A stretch of 63,431 bases of DNA, the filler included, from Octopus bimaculoides (lineage: Eukaryota), in NCBI RefSeq assembly GCF_001194135.2. It is 5 parts of 5 records of this genome, joined end to end, with 100 filler letters (N's around TTAATTAATTAA, not from the genome) between each part and the next. Parts side by side here need not be neighbours in the genome. Positions count along the whole stretch, not along the records: positions 1 to 21,570 come from NC_069010.1; positions 21,671 to 39,016 come from NC_068995.1; 3 more parts are not named here. One strand, written 5' to 3'. Each line of letters begins with the position of its first letter. Positions within the stretch are counted from its first letter, which is position 1. Of this stretch, positions 10,356 to 22,092 are shown one piece after another. A model generated the notes under the pieces. The model did no database searches, was not told the DNA's origin, and was given only the letters and a program-made list of their open reading frames with translations. Made by a program: the position numbers and the translations under genes.

Positions 10356-11204
10356 ATGATGCTGTAACTGTGTGGGTAAGAAAGAAGCTTGCTTCCCAAC
10401 CACATTGTTCTGGGTTCAGTCCCACTGTGTGGCATCTTGGGCAAGTGTCTTCTCCTATACCCTCAGGCTGACCAAAGCCTTGTAAGTGGATTTGGTATAC
10501 GGAAATTGAAAGAAGCTTGTTGTATATATGTGTGTGTAGGCATAGCTGTGTGATAAGATAAGAAGCTTGCTTGCCAACCACATGGTTCTGGGTTCAGTCC
10601 CACTGCGTGGCATCTTGGGCAAGTGTCTTCTGCTATAACCTCAGCCGACCACAGCCTTGTGAGTGGATTTGGTCAATGGAAACTAAAAGAAGCTCATCAC
10701 AAACACACACACGTCTCTTTGTGTCTTTATGTTTGTTTGCTCCACCACCATCACTTGACAACTGATGCTGGTATGTTTACGTCCCTGTAACTTAGCAGTT
10801 CAGCAAAAAGCGACTGATAGAATAAGTACTAGGCTTACAAAGAATAGGTCCTGGGGTCGATTTGTTCAGCTAAAACGTTTTGAGGTGGTGCTCCAGCATG
10901 GCTGCAGTCAAATGACTGAAACAAGTAAAAGAATAAAAGAATATATGTTTCAGAGGAATACAAAAAGAATATATATCATCATCATCATTATTTAACATCT
11001 ATTGTCCATGCTGGCATGGGTTGGACATATATGTAGGCACAGGAGTGGTTGTGTAGTAAGAAGGTCCCCAACCACATGGTCCAAGGTTCAGCCCCACCAT
11101 GTGGCACCTTGGGTAAGTGTCTTCCACTATAGCTCTGAGCCAACCAAAGCCTTGTGAGTGGATTTCTTAGAAACTGAAAGAAGCCCGTTGTATAATATAT
11201 ATAT

Positions 11205-11401
11205 ATCATCATCATCATCATCATCGTTTAACGTCCGCTTTCCATGCTAGCATGGGTTGGACGATTTGACTGAGGACTGGTGAAACCGGATGGCAACACC
11301 AGGCTCCAGTCTAATTTGGCAGAGTTTCTACAGCTGGATGCCCTTCCTAACGCCAACCACTCAGAGAGTGTAGTGGGTGCTTTTACGTGTCACCCGCACG
11401 A
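11205..11401 (-). mobile_element. Modular retroelement copy (young), truncated by a gap
   Basis: (CAT)n followed by the reverse complement of the family 3' end. Confidence 0.85.
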
Positions 11402-11909
11402 NNNNNNNNNNNNNNNNNNNNNNNNNNNNNNNNNNNNNNNNNNNNNNNNNNNNNNNNNNNNNNNNNNNNNNNNNNNNNNNNNNNNNNNNNNNNNNNNNNN
11501 NNNNNNNNNNNNNNNNNNNNNNNNNNNNNNNNNNNNNNNNNNNNNNNNNNNNNNNNNNNNNNNNNNNNNNNNNNNNNNNNNNNNNNNNNNNNNNNNNNNN
11601 NNNNNNNNNNNNNNNNNNNNNNNNNNNNNNNNNNNNNNNNNNNNNNNNNNNNNNNNNNNNNNNNNNNNNNNNNNNNNNNNNNNNNNNNNNNNNNNNNNNN
11701 NNNNNNNNNNNNNNNNNNNNNNNNNNNNNNNNNNNNNNNNNNNNNNNNNNNNNNNNNNNNNNNNNNNNNNNNNNNNNNNNNNNNNNNNNNNNNNNNNNNN
11801 NNNNNNNNNNNNNNNNNNNNNNNNNNNNNNNNNNNNNNNNNNNNNNNNNNNNNNNNNNNNNNNNNNNNNNNNNNNNNNNNNNNNNNNNNNNNNNNNNNNN
11901 NNNNNNNNN

Positions 11910-11952
<43 letters not shown>

Positions 11953-12250
11953 GTGTGTGTGTCTGTGTTTGTTTGTTCCCTTTCACTCCTTGACAACTGG
12001 TGTTGGTGTGTTTACATCACTGTAATTTAGTGGTTTGGCAAAGAGAGTTTGGCTTTAAAATAACAAGGATCTGGGGGTCAATTCATTCTACTAAACATTC
12101 TTCAAGGTGGTGCCCCAGCATGGCTGCAGTCTAATGACTGAAACAAGTAAAAGACAGAAGGGTCATGCCAATGGTGATGTTTCCTTCCAGTTTGTTTCTT
12201 TCTCTCACACACTCATCCTTATTTTCTTTACCATCCGTTAATTATTCCAG

Positions 12251-12314
12251 GGCATTCCAAAGGCTCATCTTTCAAGACACAATCTTTACAGAAGCAAAAA
12301 TCTCAGGCACAGAG
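12251..12314 (+). CDS. RBM19: RBM19 exon (GHSKGSSFKTQSLQKQKSQAQS)
   Basis: ttccag| acceptor, AG|gtcagt donor; phases 1 and 2 bridge the 8857 and 15116 exons exactly; corresponds to human SSSYKKKKEAQDKANSAS. Confidence 0.85.
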
Positions 12315-12599
12315 GTCAGTTTATCATCATCATAATCATTTAATGTCCATTTTTCATGCCGGCATGGGCTGGACGGTTTGACTGGGGACTGGCAAACCAG
12401 TAGGCTGCACCAGGCTCCAATCCAATCTGGCAGAGTTTCTACAGCAGGATGCCCTTCCTAACACCAACCACTCCAAGGGTGTAGTGCTGCCCTTTACATG
12501 CCACCAGCATGGGGAGCCAGTTAGGTGGCACTGGCATTGACCCACACTTCAATGGTGCTTATTACATACCTCCACCACGTAATGATTATTACTGTTGTC

Positions 12600-13868
12600 A
12601 TCAAGACAGCAAACTGGCTGAACTGTTAGCTGACTGGGCAAAATACTTTGTGGTATTTCTGAGTTCCAACGAGGTTGGCTTTGCCTGTCATCCCTTCGGA
12701 GTACATGAAACAAGTACCTGTGGCGCACTGGGGTTGAGGTAACTGACTAGTCTCCACCCCACAAAATTTCAGGATTATTACTATTGTCATCAAGGCAGTA
12801 AACTGGCAAAACTGTTAGCAAACCAGGCAGTATTTTGTCCATGAGCACAATCTGAGTTCAAATTCCACCAGCTTTGCCTTTCGTCCTTTCGGGGTCAATA
12901 GAACAAGTCCCAGTTGAGCACTGGGGGTCGATGAAATTGACTAGTCTCATCCTCACAAAATTTCAGGCCTTGTGCCTGTGGAAGAAAGAACTATTACTCT
13001 TGTCATCGAGGAAGCAAACTGGCAGAAATCGTTGCTGTGCCGGGCAAAATGCTTGGCAGAATTTTGTTCATCTTTATAGTCTGGGCTTAAATTCTGACAA
13101 GATCGACTTTACCTTTCATCCTTTTAGGATCAATAAAGCAAGTACTAGTCGAGGACTGGGGTCAATGTAACCGACTTACCTCTGCACTGAAATTACACGC
13201 CTTGCACCTGTAGTAGAAAGGATCATTATTGTTGTTATCAAGGCAGCAGGCTGGTGGAATCAAGCAGAGGTGAAGAATATGCACACCACCCGTTTTCAGC
13301 GTAACCCTAACCCTAACTCTGAGCCCTAACCCTAAACCCTAACATTAAGCCTTAACCCTAAACCCTAACCCTAAATCCTAAACCTAACCCTAAACCCTAA
13401 CTCTAAGCCCTAACCCTAAATCCTAACCTAAGCCCTAACCCTAAACCCTAACCTTAAACTCTAACTCTAAGCCCTAAACCCTAAATCCTAATCCTAACCG
13501 TAAACCCTAACCCTAACCACCAGGAGTGCATATTCTTTACCTTCACTTGGAATTACTAGCATACCAGGGAAAATACTTTGTAGCATTTTGTTTGTCTTTA
13601 TGGTTTAAGTTCAAATTCTGCTGGGGCCATCTTTGCCCTTCATCCTTGCAGCATCAGTAAAATGAGTACCAGTTGAGCACTGGGGTTGATGTCATCAACT
13701 TAACTTCCCCACGAAACTTGCTGGCCTTGTGCAAAAATTTGAAAACATTATATCTTTATTGTTATCAAAGCAACAAACTCACAGAATTATTAGCATGCTG
13801 GGCGAAATAATTAGTGGCATTTCGTCCATCTTTATGTTCAAATTCCGCCAAGGTCGACTTTGCCTTTC
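12600..13868 (+). mobile_element. Head-to-tail array of five diverged Meta-like SINEs
   Basis: Unit heads near 12600, 12790, 13005, 13240 and 13766, separated by attatt..gtcatc spacers; the fourth unit is interrupted by the telomeric-repeat MITE. Confidence 0.75.
13261..13549. mobile_element. 289-bp MITE-like element with 24-bp imperfect TIRs, 4-bp GAAT TSD and an internal CCCTAA/CCCTAAA array
   Basis: Left end caagcagaggtgaagaatatgcac (13261-13284); reverse complement of the right end caagtgaaggtaaagaatatgcac (13526-13549); gaat at 13257-13260 and 13550-13553; repeats at about 13302-13517. Confidence 0.85.
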
Positions 13869-14710
13869 ATCATCATCATCATCATCGTTTAACGTCCGCT
13901 TTCCATGCTAGCATGGGTTGGACGATTTGACTGAGGACTGGTGAAACCGGATGGCAACACCAGGCTCCAATCTGATTTGGCAGAGTTTCTACAGCTGGAT
14001 GCCCTTCCTAACGCCAACCACTCCGAGAGTGTAGTGGGTGCTTTTTACGTGCCACCAGCACGAAGGCCAGTCAGGCGGTACTGGCAACGGCCACGCTCAA
14101 AATGGTGTATTTTATGTGCCACNNNNNNNNNNNNNNNNNNNNNNNNNNNNNNNNNNNNNNNNNNNNNNNNNNNNNNNNNNNNNNNNNNNNNNNNNNNNNN
14201 NNNNNNNNNNNNNNNNNNNNNNNNNNNNNNNNNNNNNNNNNNNNNNNNNNNNNNNNNNNNNNNNNNNNNNNNNNNNNNNNNNNNNNNNNNNNNNNNNNNN
14301 NNNNNNNNNNNNNNNNNNNNNNNNNNNNNNNNNNNNNNNNNNNNNNNNNNNNNNNNNNNNNNNNNNNNNNNNNATTTTATGTGCCACCCGCACAAGAGCC
14401 AGTCCAGGGGCACTGGCAACGATCTCGCTCGAAAATCCTTACACACGTCACGGGCGCAAGTGCCAGAAAGGCGACGCTGGGCACAAGTGCCATCCCGATT
14501 TCGCTTTCGTTTGCCCCAATAAGTCTTCGCAAGCTGAGTTTCTTGTCCAATGAAGGAGACGACGTTGGCACGGGTGCCAGTCGTCGGATTTAGTTCGATT
14601 TCATTTGCCTCAACGAGTCTTCGCAAGCCGAGTTTAGCGTCCAATGTAGGAAAGGTACGCATGAGTGGGCTGGCCACACCCCTGGCAGAGGCCTTGGATT
14701 TAGGTCTTCA
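13868..14710 (-). mobile_element. Longest copy of the modular retroelement, including the 5' region
   Basis: Extends beyond the other copies; the 5' region itself contains an approximately 60-bp internal duplication (cattggac..aaactc.gcttgcgaagact). Confidence 0.8.
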
Positions 14711-15115
14711 ATAAAATAAGTACCAGTCGAATACTGGGTTCAATGTAAATTGACTTACGCTCTCCCCTGATATTATTGGCCTTAAGCCAAAATTTGAAAA
14801 TCATTATTATTGTCGTTGTAGCTGAAGTTGTCATAGTTATTGTTGATGTTGTTATTATCCATTCTTGCTGTTGTTATTGTTGTCAATATTGCTGTCAGTG
14901 TCTATTTTGTTATTATCATTGCTACTTTTATTGTTGCTGTTCATGATGATGATGATGATGATAATTAAAGACAATCTTTTTCTTCTTTTCCTCCTCCTCC
15001 TCCTTGTCATCATCATCATTGTTGTTGTCGTTCTTCTTCTTCTTAAAATTACTAAAATAACCCCAACAACAGTTTCATCTCATCGCTGCTCTTGTCTTCT
15101 TGTACATATTTTCAG

Positions 15116-15212
15116 TTCTCACAACTGGAACAGTCTGTTCCTCGGCAGCAATGCTGTTGCAGACGTCTTAACAGAGAAATATGGCATCAAAAAAACAGAT
15201 CTTTTGGATTTT
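15116..15212 (+). CDS. RBM19: RBM19 exon (SHNWNSLFLGSNAVADVLTEKYGIKKTDLLDF)
   Basis: ttttcag| acceptor, |gtaagt donor; contains the diagnostic Mrd1/RBM19 linker motif HNWNxLF. Confidence 0.95.
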
Positions 15213-16569
15213 GTAAGTAAAATCTTTTGTATCTCAACACATACATATACGTACATACATACATACATCCAAAAGTTTTATTTTCTCTCTGTTTATTTCT
15301 TTCTGTGCTCCTTTCTGTTGAAGAGCGTAGGCTCGAAACGTAAAAGACTTTCTCACTTTCCCGAGTGTTAAACTAGTAAACCTCTCTTTACTTGTTTCAG
15401 TCATTTGACTGCGGCCATGCTGGAGCACCGCCTTCAGTCGAACAAATCGAGCCCAGGACTTATTCTTTGGATGCCCAGTACTTATTCTATCGGTCTCTTT
15501 TGCCGAACCGCTAAGTTACGGAGACACCACCATCGGTTGTCAAGCAATGTTGGGGGGACGAACAAAGACACAAACATACACACACACACACACACACACA
15601 NNNNNNNNNNNNNNNNNNNNNNNNNNNNNNNNNNNNNNNNNNNNNNNNNNNNNNNNNNNNNNNNNNNNNNNNNNNNNNNNNNNNNNNNNNNNNTAGGATG
15701 GGTTTCTTTCAGTTTCCGTCTACCAAATCCACTCACAAGGCCTTGGTCGGCCCGAGGCTATAGTAGAAGACACTTGCCCAAGGTGCCACGCAGTGGGACT
15801 GAAGCCGGAACCATGTGGTTGGTAAGCAAGCTACTTACCACACAGCCACTCCTGCGCCTGTTTGTTTTTTATACACCTGTCTTCATCTTTTGTCTTTTTG
15901 TAAATTTCAACTACATGCATGCATGTATCCATCCGTGCATGCATACATACATACATACATGCATACACACACACACACACATATACATACGGTTAAGAAG
16001 CTTGCTTTGTAACCATGTGGTCTCAGGTTTAGTCCAACTGCATGACATCTGGGTAAGTGGCTTCTATAACCCTGGGCTGAGATCAATGCCTTGTGAATGT
16101 ATTTGGGATTCAGAAACTATGTGGAAGCCCATCACGCATACACGTGTACATATTTATATGCATGTATTTTTATATAATAGGCGGTGCTCCAGCATGGCCA
16201 CAGTCAAATGACTGAAACAAGTAAAAGAGTATGTATAGTGAAGGTGCATGGCTCAGTGGTTAGAGCATTGGACTCACAATCACGAGGTAGGGAGTTCAAT
16301 TCCTGGACTGGCCTGTGTGTTGTGTTCTTTCACATTACTCCAGTTCACTCAGCTGTAGAAATGAGTCGCAACATCACTGGTGCCAAGCTGTATCAGCCTT
16401 TGCCTTTCTCTTGGATAACATCGATGGCATGGGGAGAGGAGGCTGGTATGCATGGGTGACTGCTGGTCTTCCATAAACACTCCTGCCTGGACTTGTACCT
16501 CAGAGGGTAACTTTCTAGGTGCACTCCCTTGGTCATTCATGACCAAAGGCTTTTATCATTTTATGTTTG

Positions 16570-16870
16570 CGTGATTTTCGAGTGAGATTGTTGCCAGTGC
16601 CCCTGGACTGGCTCTTGTGCGGGTGGCACATAAAATACACCATTTTGAGCGTGGCCGTTGCCAGTACCACCTGACTGGCCTTCGTGCGGGTGACACGTAA
16701 AAGCACCCACTACACTCTCTGAGTGGTTGACATTAGGAAGGGCATCCAGCTGTAGAAACTCTGCCAAATCAGATTGGAGCTTGGTGTTGCCATTCGGTTT
16801 CAGCAGTCCTCAGTCAAATCGTCCAACCCATGCTAGCATGGAAAGCGTACGTTAAACGATGATGATGATG
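16570..16870 (+). mobile_element. Modular retroelement copy
   Basis: Modules plus 3' end plus (GAT)n tail. Confidence 0.85.
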
Positions 16871-17334
16871 TATGATGTCCGGTGCAGGCTTTGGCCTAGC
16901 CAGCTCTTTTGAAACTATCTCATCCATGCTAGCATGGAAGGCAGACGTTAAACAATGGTGATGATGATGATGGTGGTGTGTGTGTGTGTGTGTTTTGTGT
17001 CTCCTTGTCTTGGAGTCGCAGGATACTTATAGAATGATTGTCACTGTCATACAAGCAATGTCATTCGTTTCCAATGCTCTGCAAAAACATGTCTGGCCTT
17101 GGGGAAAATATTACCTTGCTTGGAAATAGGTGAAGGTTGGTGACAAGAAGGGTATCCAGCCGTAAAAAAATCTATTTCAATAAGCACCATCCAACTGTGC
17201 AGGCATGAAAAAAAATAGACATTAAAGTAATGATTATGATGGAGATATGTTTACAGATGAAACTTAGAAGCTGTTCAAATATAGTAATATTTCTACATTT
17301 TCTAAGTATTTTCTTTTTTCTTTTATTACTTTAG

Positions 17335-17445
17335 GAGACAAACGACAGTCTTGGAGTTCGGATGGCATTGGGTGAAACACAGATTGTAACAGAGACAAGA
17401 GAATTCCTGCTAGAGAATGGTGTCTCTTTAGATAGTTTCAGTCAG
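17335..17445 (+). CDS. RBM19: RBM19 exon (ETNDSLGVRMALGETQIVTETREFLLENGVSLDSFSQ)
   Basis: tttag| acceptor, CAG|gtaagt donor; diagnostic VRxALGETQ...FLxxNGVSLDSF motif. Confidence 0.95.
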
Positions 17446-17585
17446 GTAAGTTTGTCTTTGAGATTGGGTAAGTTGGTTACATCATCCCAGAAATAATGAA
17501 AAGCAAAGTCGACCTCAGGAGAATTTGAACTCAGAACGTAAAAATGGATGAAATGTTGCAAAGCATTTTGCCCAGTCCACCATCT

Positions 17586-17617
<32 letters not shown>

Positions 17618-17642
17618 ATAATAATAATAATGAAGATAAAAA

Positions 17643-18519
17643 ATGTGGAACCTGAAGACTAAAACAATACCTATTGTCATAGGTGCCCTGGGAATGACAG
17701 CGAAACGGGCTGATTACTACCTAGCTCAGATACCAGGAAACCCCAAAATGGCTGAAGTTCAAAAGATAGTGCTCATCGGAACTGCCCATATCCTACGTAA
17801 AATACTGTCTATGTGATCTCAAATTTTAAAGCAAACACATAATTTTCTTATGGTTTTTTAAACATTCACTAGAACAACACTGTACAANNNNNNNNNNNNN
17901 NNNNNNNNNNNNNNNNNNNNNNNNNNNNNNNNNNNNNNNNNNNNNNNNNNNNNNNNNNNNNNNNNNNNNNNNNNNNNNNNNNNNNNNNNNNNNNNNNNNN
18001 NNNNNNNNNNNNNNNNNNNNNNNNNNNNNNNNNNNNNNNNNNNNNNNNNNNNNNNNNNNNNNNNNNNNNNNNNNNNNNNNNNNNNNNNNNNNNNNNNNNN
18101 NNNNNNNNNNNNNNNNNNNNNNNNNNNNNNNNNNNNNNNNNNNNNNNNNNNNNNNNNGCATCTCTGATCATGAGCAGAAGTAGTGGGGGAACATCATAGC
18201 CATGTGTTGAAAGGAATTCTTTGGGGTTTGAATAATTCACCTTTGGAAACATGGGTGTTTTGTTCAACATCCTTAAACAAACCTTATTCAGGGACCTTTT
18301 GAGCGGGATGGGCTACTCGACCTGAAGAAAATTCTAACTGGGCCCCACCTGCAAGGTCATGCACTGTTTATCTTGATATGAGATCACCATGTCGCGTACA
18401 TATGGTTATGATGCATGTGCCTGGTGTACCCTTATCAGACGGGTAGTCATGATGGGTATATTGGGCTTCGTATATTTTACTCCAGTGTCACTTTGATGGC
18501 ATGCACTGCTCTCTCACTC
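17643..18519 (+). mobile_element. 5'-truncated R4/Dong-like (restriction-like endonuclease) non-LTR retrotransposon in (TAA)n
   Basis: 17643-17816 encodes MWNLKTKTIPIVIGALG...EVQKIVLIGTAHILRKILSM*, a typical C-terminus of early-branching RLE LINEs; long 3' UTR across a gap; (AAT)n on both sides. Confidence 0.75.
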
Positions 18520-18619
18520 AATAATAATATTGAAATGTAAAGAAATGTTAGGTCAGATCACTAAAGGGTTTGTTATTGGTAATCATATAAACTGGTGCTG
18601 CCTGTTGGCAACTGGACCG

Positions 18620-19520
18620 GTCTAATCTAGTCTGGTTCTATGTACGCATCTAGGAATAAAATACCTGATGACTATCACAGATCAAACTGATAGAAACATT
18701 GTGTAGATGGAAATATTGTAGATATACAGTGTAATGATGACTAGCTCTAATCAAGCCTGGTTCTATGTACACATCCAGGAATAAGACACTGATTATCACA
18801 GATCAAATTAATTGAAACATAGTGTCAACATACAGTATAAAGATAACTAGTTCTGATCCAGTCTGGTTCTATGTGCACATCCAGGAATAAGACACTGATT
18901 ATCACAGATCAAATTAATTGAAACATAGTGTCAACATACAGTATAAAGATNNNNNNNNNNNNNNNNNNNNNNNNNNNNNNNNNNNNNNNNNNNNNNNNNN
19001 NNNNNNNNNNNNNNNNNNNNNNNNNNNNNNNNNNNNNNNNNNNNNNNNNNNNNNNNNNNNNNNNNNNNNNNNNNNNNNNNNNNNNNNNNNNNNNNNNNNN
19101 NNNNNNNNNNNNNNNNNNNNNNNNNNNNNNNNNNNNNNNNNNNNNNNNNNNNNNNNNNNNNNNNNNNNNNNNTAAGACACTGATTATCACAGATCAAATT
19201 AATTGAAACATAGTGTCAACATACAGTATAAAGATAACTAGTTCTGATCCAGTCTGGTTCTATGTACACATCCAGGAATAAGACACTGATTATCACAGAT
19301 CAAATTAATTGAAACATAGTGTCAACATACAGTATAAAGATAACTAGTTCTGATCCAGTCTGGTTCTATGTGCACATCCAGGAATAAGACACTGATTATC
19401 ACAGATCAAATTAATTGAAACATAGTGTCAACATACAGTATAAAGATGACTAGTTTTGATCCAGTCTGGTTCTATGTGCACATCCAGGAATAAGACATCT
19501 GATCAAACTGATTGAAACAT
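18620..19520. repeat. 106-bp minisatellite
   Basis: taagacac unit starts at 18782, 18888, 19173, 19279, 19385 and 19491 (106-bp spacing on each side of the gap); degenerate copies at both edges. Confidence 0.93.
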
Positions 19521-19661
19521 AGTAAATATAAATGTATAGATGCAAATTTGTAAATTATTCTCTGAAAAGAGAAGGTTAATGGCTCATAAGATTAATAATC
19601 CTTTCAAATCAAAGAAGTTACTTTTCTGATTCTTTTTTCCCTTGTTTGTTTCTTTTCTCAG

Positions 19662-19862
19662 GCATCTGGTCCTCGGAGCAAAACTGTGATATTGGTGAAG
19701 AATCTTCCAGCAGATTGCAAGGGTGAGGAGATTGCCAAAGTGTTCTCCAAGTACGGTACTCTTGGCAGAGTGATTTTCCCACCAGCAGGAATCACTGCCA
19801 TAATTGAATTCCTCTCACCCAGTGAAGCAAAGAAAGCCTTTACCAACCTTGCATATACAAAG
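19662..19862 (+). CDS. RBM19: RBM19 exon, RRM4 (ASGPRSKTVILVKNLP...KKAFTNLAYTK); last RBM19 exon found in the window
   Basis: tctcag| acceptor, AAG|gtaatt donor, 67 codons; matches RSKTVILVKNLP...GITAIVEFL...AFxxLAYxK. I did not find the downstream PLYLEWAP, RRM5 or RRM6 exons. Confidence 0.95.
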
Positions 19863-21184
19863 GTAATTCTCTCAATCTCTCATCTTGATCTCATCACTCT
19901 TCTTATTCCTTACCATTATCTTTTATTCTTTTACTTCTTTTAGACATTAGACTGTGGCCATGCTGGGGCACCCACCATAAAGAATTTTTAATCAAGCAAA
20001 TCTACCCCAGTACTTATTTTTTCCTGTAAAACCTGGTACTTATTCTATCAGTCTATATGGCCAAACTGCTAAGTTATAGAGATGTAAATACACCAAAAGT
20101 GACCAAAAGAACCAGACTTCTTGATAAAAAAGAAAATAAATACTGGGGTCGATTTGTTCAACTAAACCCTTCAAGGCAAGGTTCCAGCATGGCCACAGTT
20201 CAATGAGTGAAACAAGTAAATGGCAAAAGATCAAAAGCACAGCATTCTGTGTGCCAGTGTTTGTGATTAATTTTCCAAATTCCTATCATTGGACTGTTTG
20301 AGTTATTCCTGTCATAATCATCACCATCGCCGTCATTTTTCACATCCATTTTGCCATACCAACATGGGTTGGATAGAATTTGTTTGGGGGCAGACATTCT
20401 ATGACTGGGTGTTCTTCCAGTCATCAACCTTCACTTGTTTCCGAGTAAGGTAATATTTACCTGTGACTTGGCATGTTTTTCACGGATGATAAGCAATTAA
20501 GGACACCACTTGTATGGAGATGACACTTGTTTATGACTATTATGCAAAGTGAAAGCAAAGAGACAGGAGTGGCTGTGTGGTAAGTAGCTTGCTTACCAAC
20601 CACATGGTTCCGGGTTCATTCCCACTGTGTGGCATCTTGTGCAAGTGTCTTCTACTATAGCCTCGGGCCGACCAAAGCCTTGTGAGTGAATTTGGTAGAC
20701 GGAAACTGAAAGAAGCCTGTCGTATATATGTATATATATATATATATATATGTATGTGTTTGTGTGTCTGTGTTTTTCCCCCCAACATCACTTGACAACC
20801 GATGCTGGTGTGTTTACGTCCCCGTAATCTAGCGGTTCGGCAAAAGAGACTGATAGAATAAGTACTAGGCTTACAAAGAATAAGTCCTGGGGTCGATTTG
20901 CTCGACTAAAGGCGGTGCTCCAGCATGGCCGCAGTCAAATGACTGAAACGAGTAAAAGAGAGAGACACTAACGCACACACACACACGCACACGATAGGCT
21001 TCCTCATGGATACAGGCATGGGTGTATGGCAAAACGTTTGCTTCCCAACCACATGATTCTGAGTTCAGTCCTATTGCCTGGCACCTTTGGCAAGTGTCTT
21101 CTGCTATAGCCTCAGGTCAACTAAAGCTTTGTGGGTGGATTTGGTAGATGGAAACTGAATTGAGGCTGGAGATTGCCAACAAGG

Positions 21185-21570
21185 AAGGGGTAATGTTCCA
21201 ACAAAACAATGCCCAACCACGTGTCTTTTGCTTCCCGAACAAAGTTACATGAACTTGGCCGGTATCTCTTACCCCATCCACCATATTCTCCTGATATTGC
21301 ACCATCCAACTACCACTTGTTTTTGCCTTTACAGAACTCATTGCAAGGAAAGACATTTTACGATTTAGATGGAGTCAAAATGCATCTGGGTAACTTTTTT
21401 TTTGTTCAAAACAAGTCGAATTTTATGCTGATGGAATATTTAAATTGCGTGATAGATGGGCAAAGATCATTAATAATAATGGAAATTATTTCATTGAATA
21501 AAATTTATTGAAATGTCAATGGTTTATATTCCTTTTTGCATATTAAAAGATGCTCAGAACTTTTCAGACA
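21185..21570 (+). mobile_element. Mariner transposase 3' remnant
   Basis: ELGRYLLPHPPYSPDIAPSNYHLF (mariner HPPYSPDLAPSDY motif); a TIR-like cagaacttttcagaca abuts the linker. Confidence 0.88.
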
Positions 21571-21670
21571 NNNNNNNNNNNNNNNNNNNNNNNNNNNNNN
21601 NNNNNNNNNNNNNNTTAATTAATTAANNNNNNNNNNNNNNNNNNNNNNNNNNNNNNNNNNNNNNNNNNNN
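21571..21670. other. Synthetic scaffold linker N44-TTAATTAATTAA-N44
   Basis: Exactly 100 bp; the palindromic core has stop codons in all six frames; the same structure occurs four times. Confidence 0.97.
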
Positions 21671-21707
<37 letters not shown>

Positions 21708-22092
21708 GTGTATGTATTTATGTACATAGTGAAGTAGATGTGGTTAATGGAAAACATGAAGGAAGGAATTTCCAGAGGACCAACATCCTGGGGAAGAAGG
21801 ACTGAGTATGGGGGTTAGTGCAAGACTTGGAAGTGAGTGGATAGATACTATATAGGTGTGAAGATGAGTGAGTGAGAGAGAGAGAGAGACATGTGTGAGT
21901 CAAGAATAGCAAAGTGCAGGCAGTGGTATGAAACCAGTAGACTCCAAGGAGTAAAAACCCCTGTAGTAGCAGTAGGAAAAGCAGTGAGAGGAGATGACAT
22001 ATTACTCATTTCGAAACATGTAACTGTTCTGCTATCCTTTCTACTCCACATTGAAATGCTAAATTAAATTGTATTTTTATTTAAATTTTCAG

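Noticed and set aside
11268-11290. CTGAGGA-ctggt-GAAA in the modular repeat as a hammerhead core
   Set aside because: Only 5 nt between the core halves, so stem II cannot form.
13302-13517. True telomere or chromosome-fusion scar
   Set aside because: The array is short, degenerate, single-orientation and enclosed by TIRs and a TSD inside an intron.
18620-19520. CRISPR-like array in the 106-bp or 30-bp repeats
   Set aside because: Whole units repeat with no unique spacers, there are no cas genes, and the context is eukaryotic.
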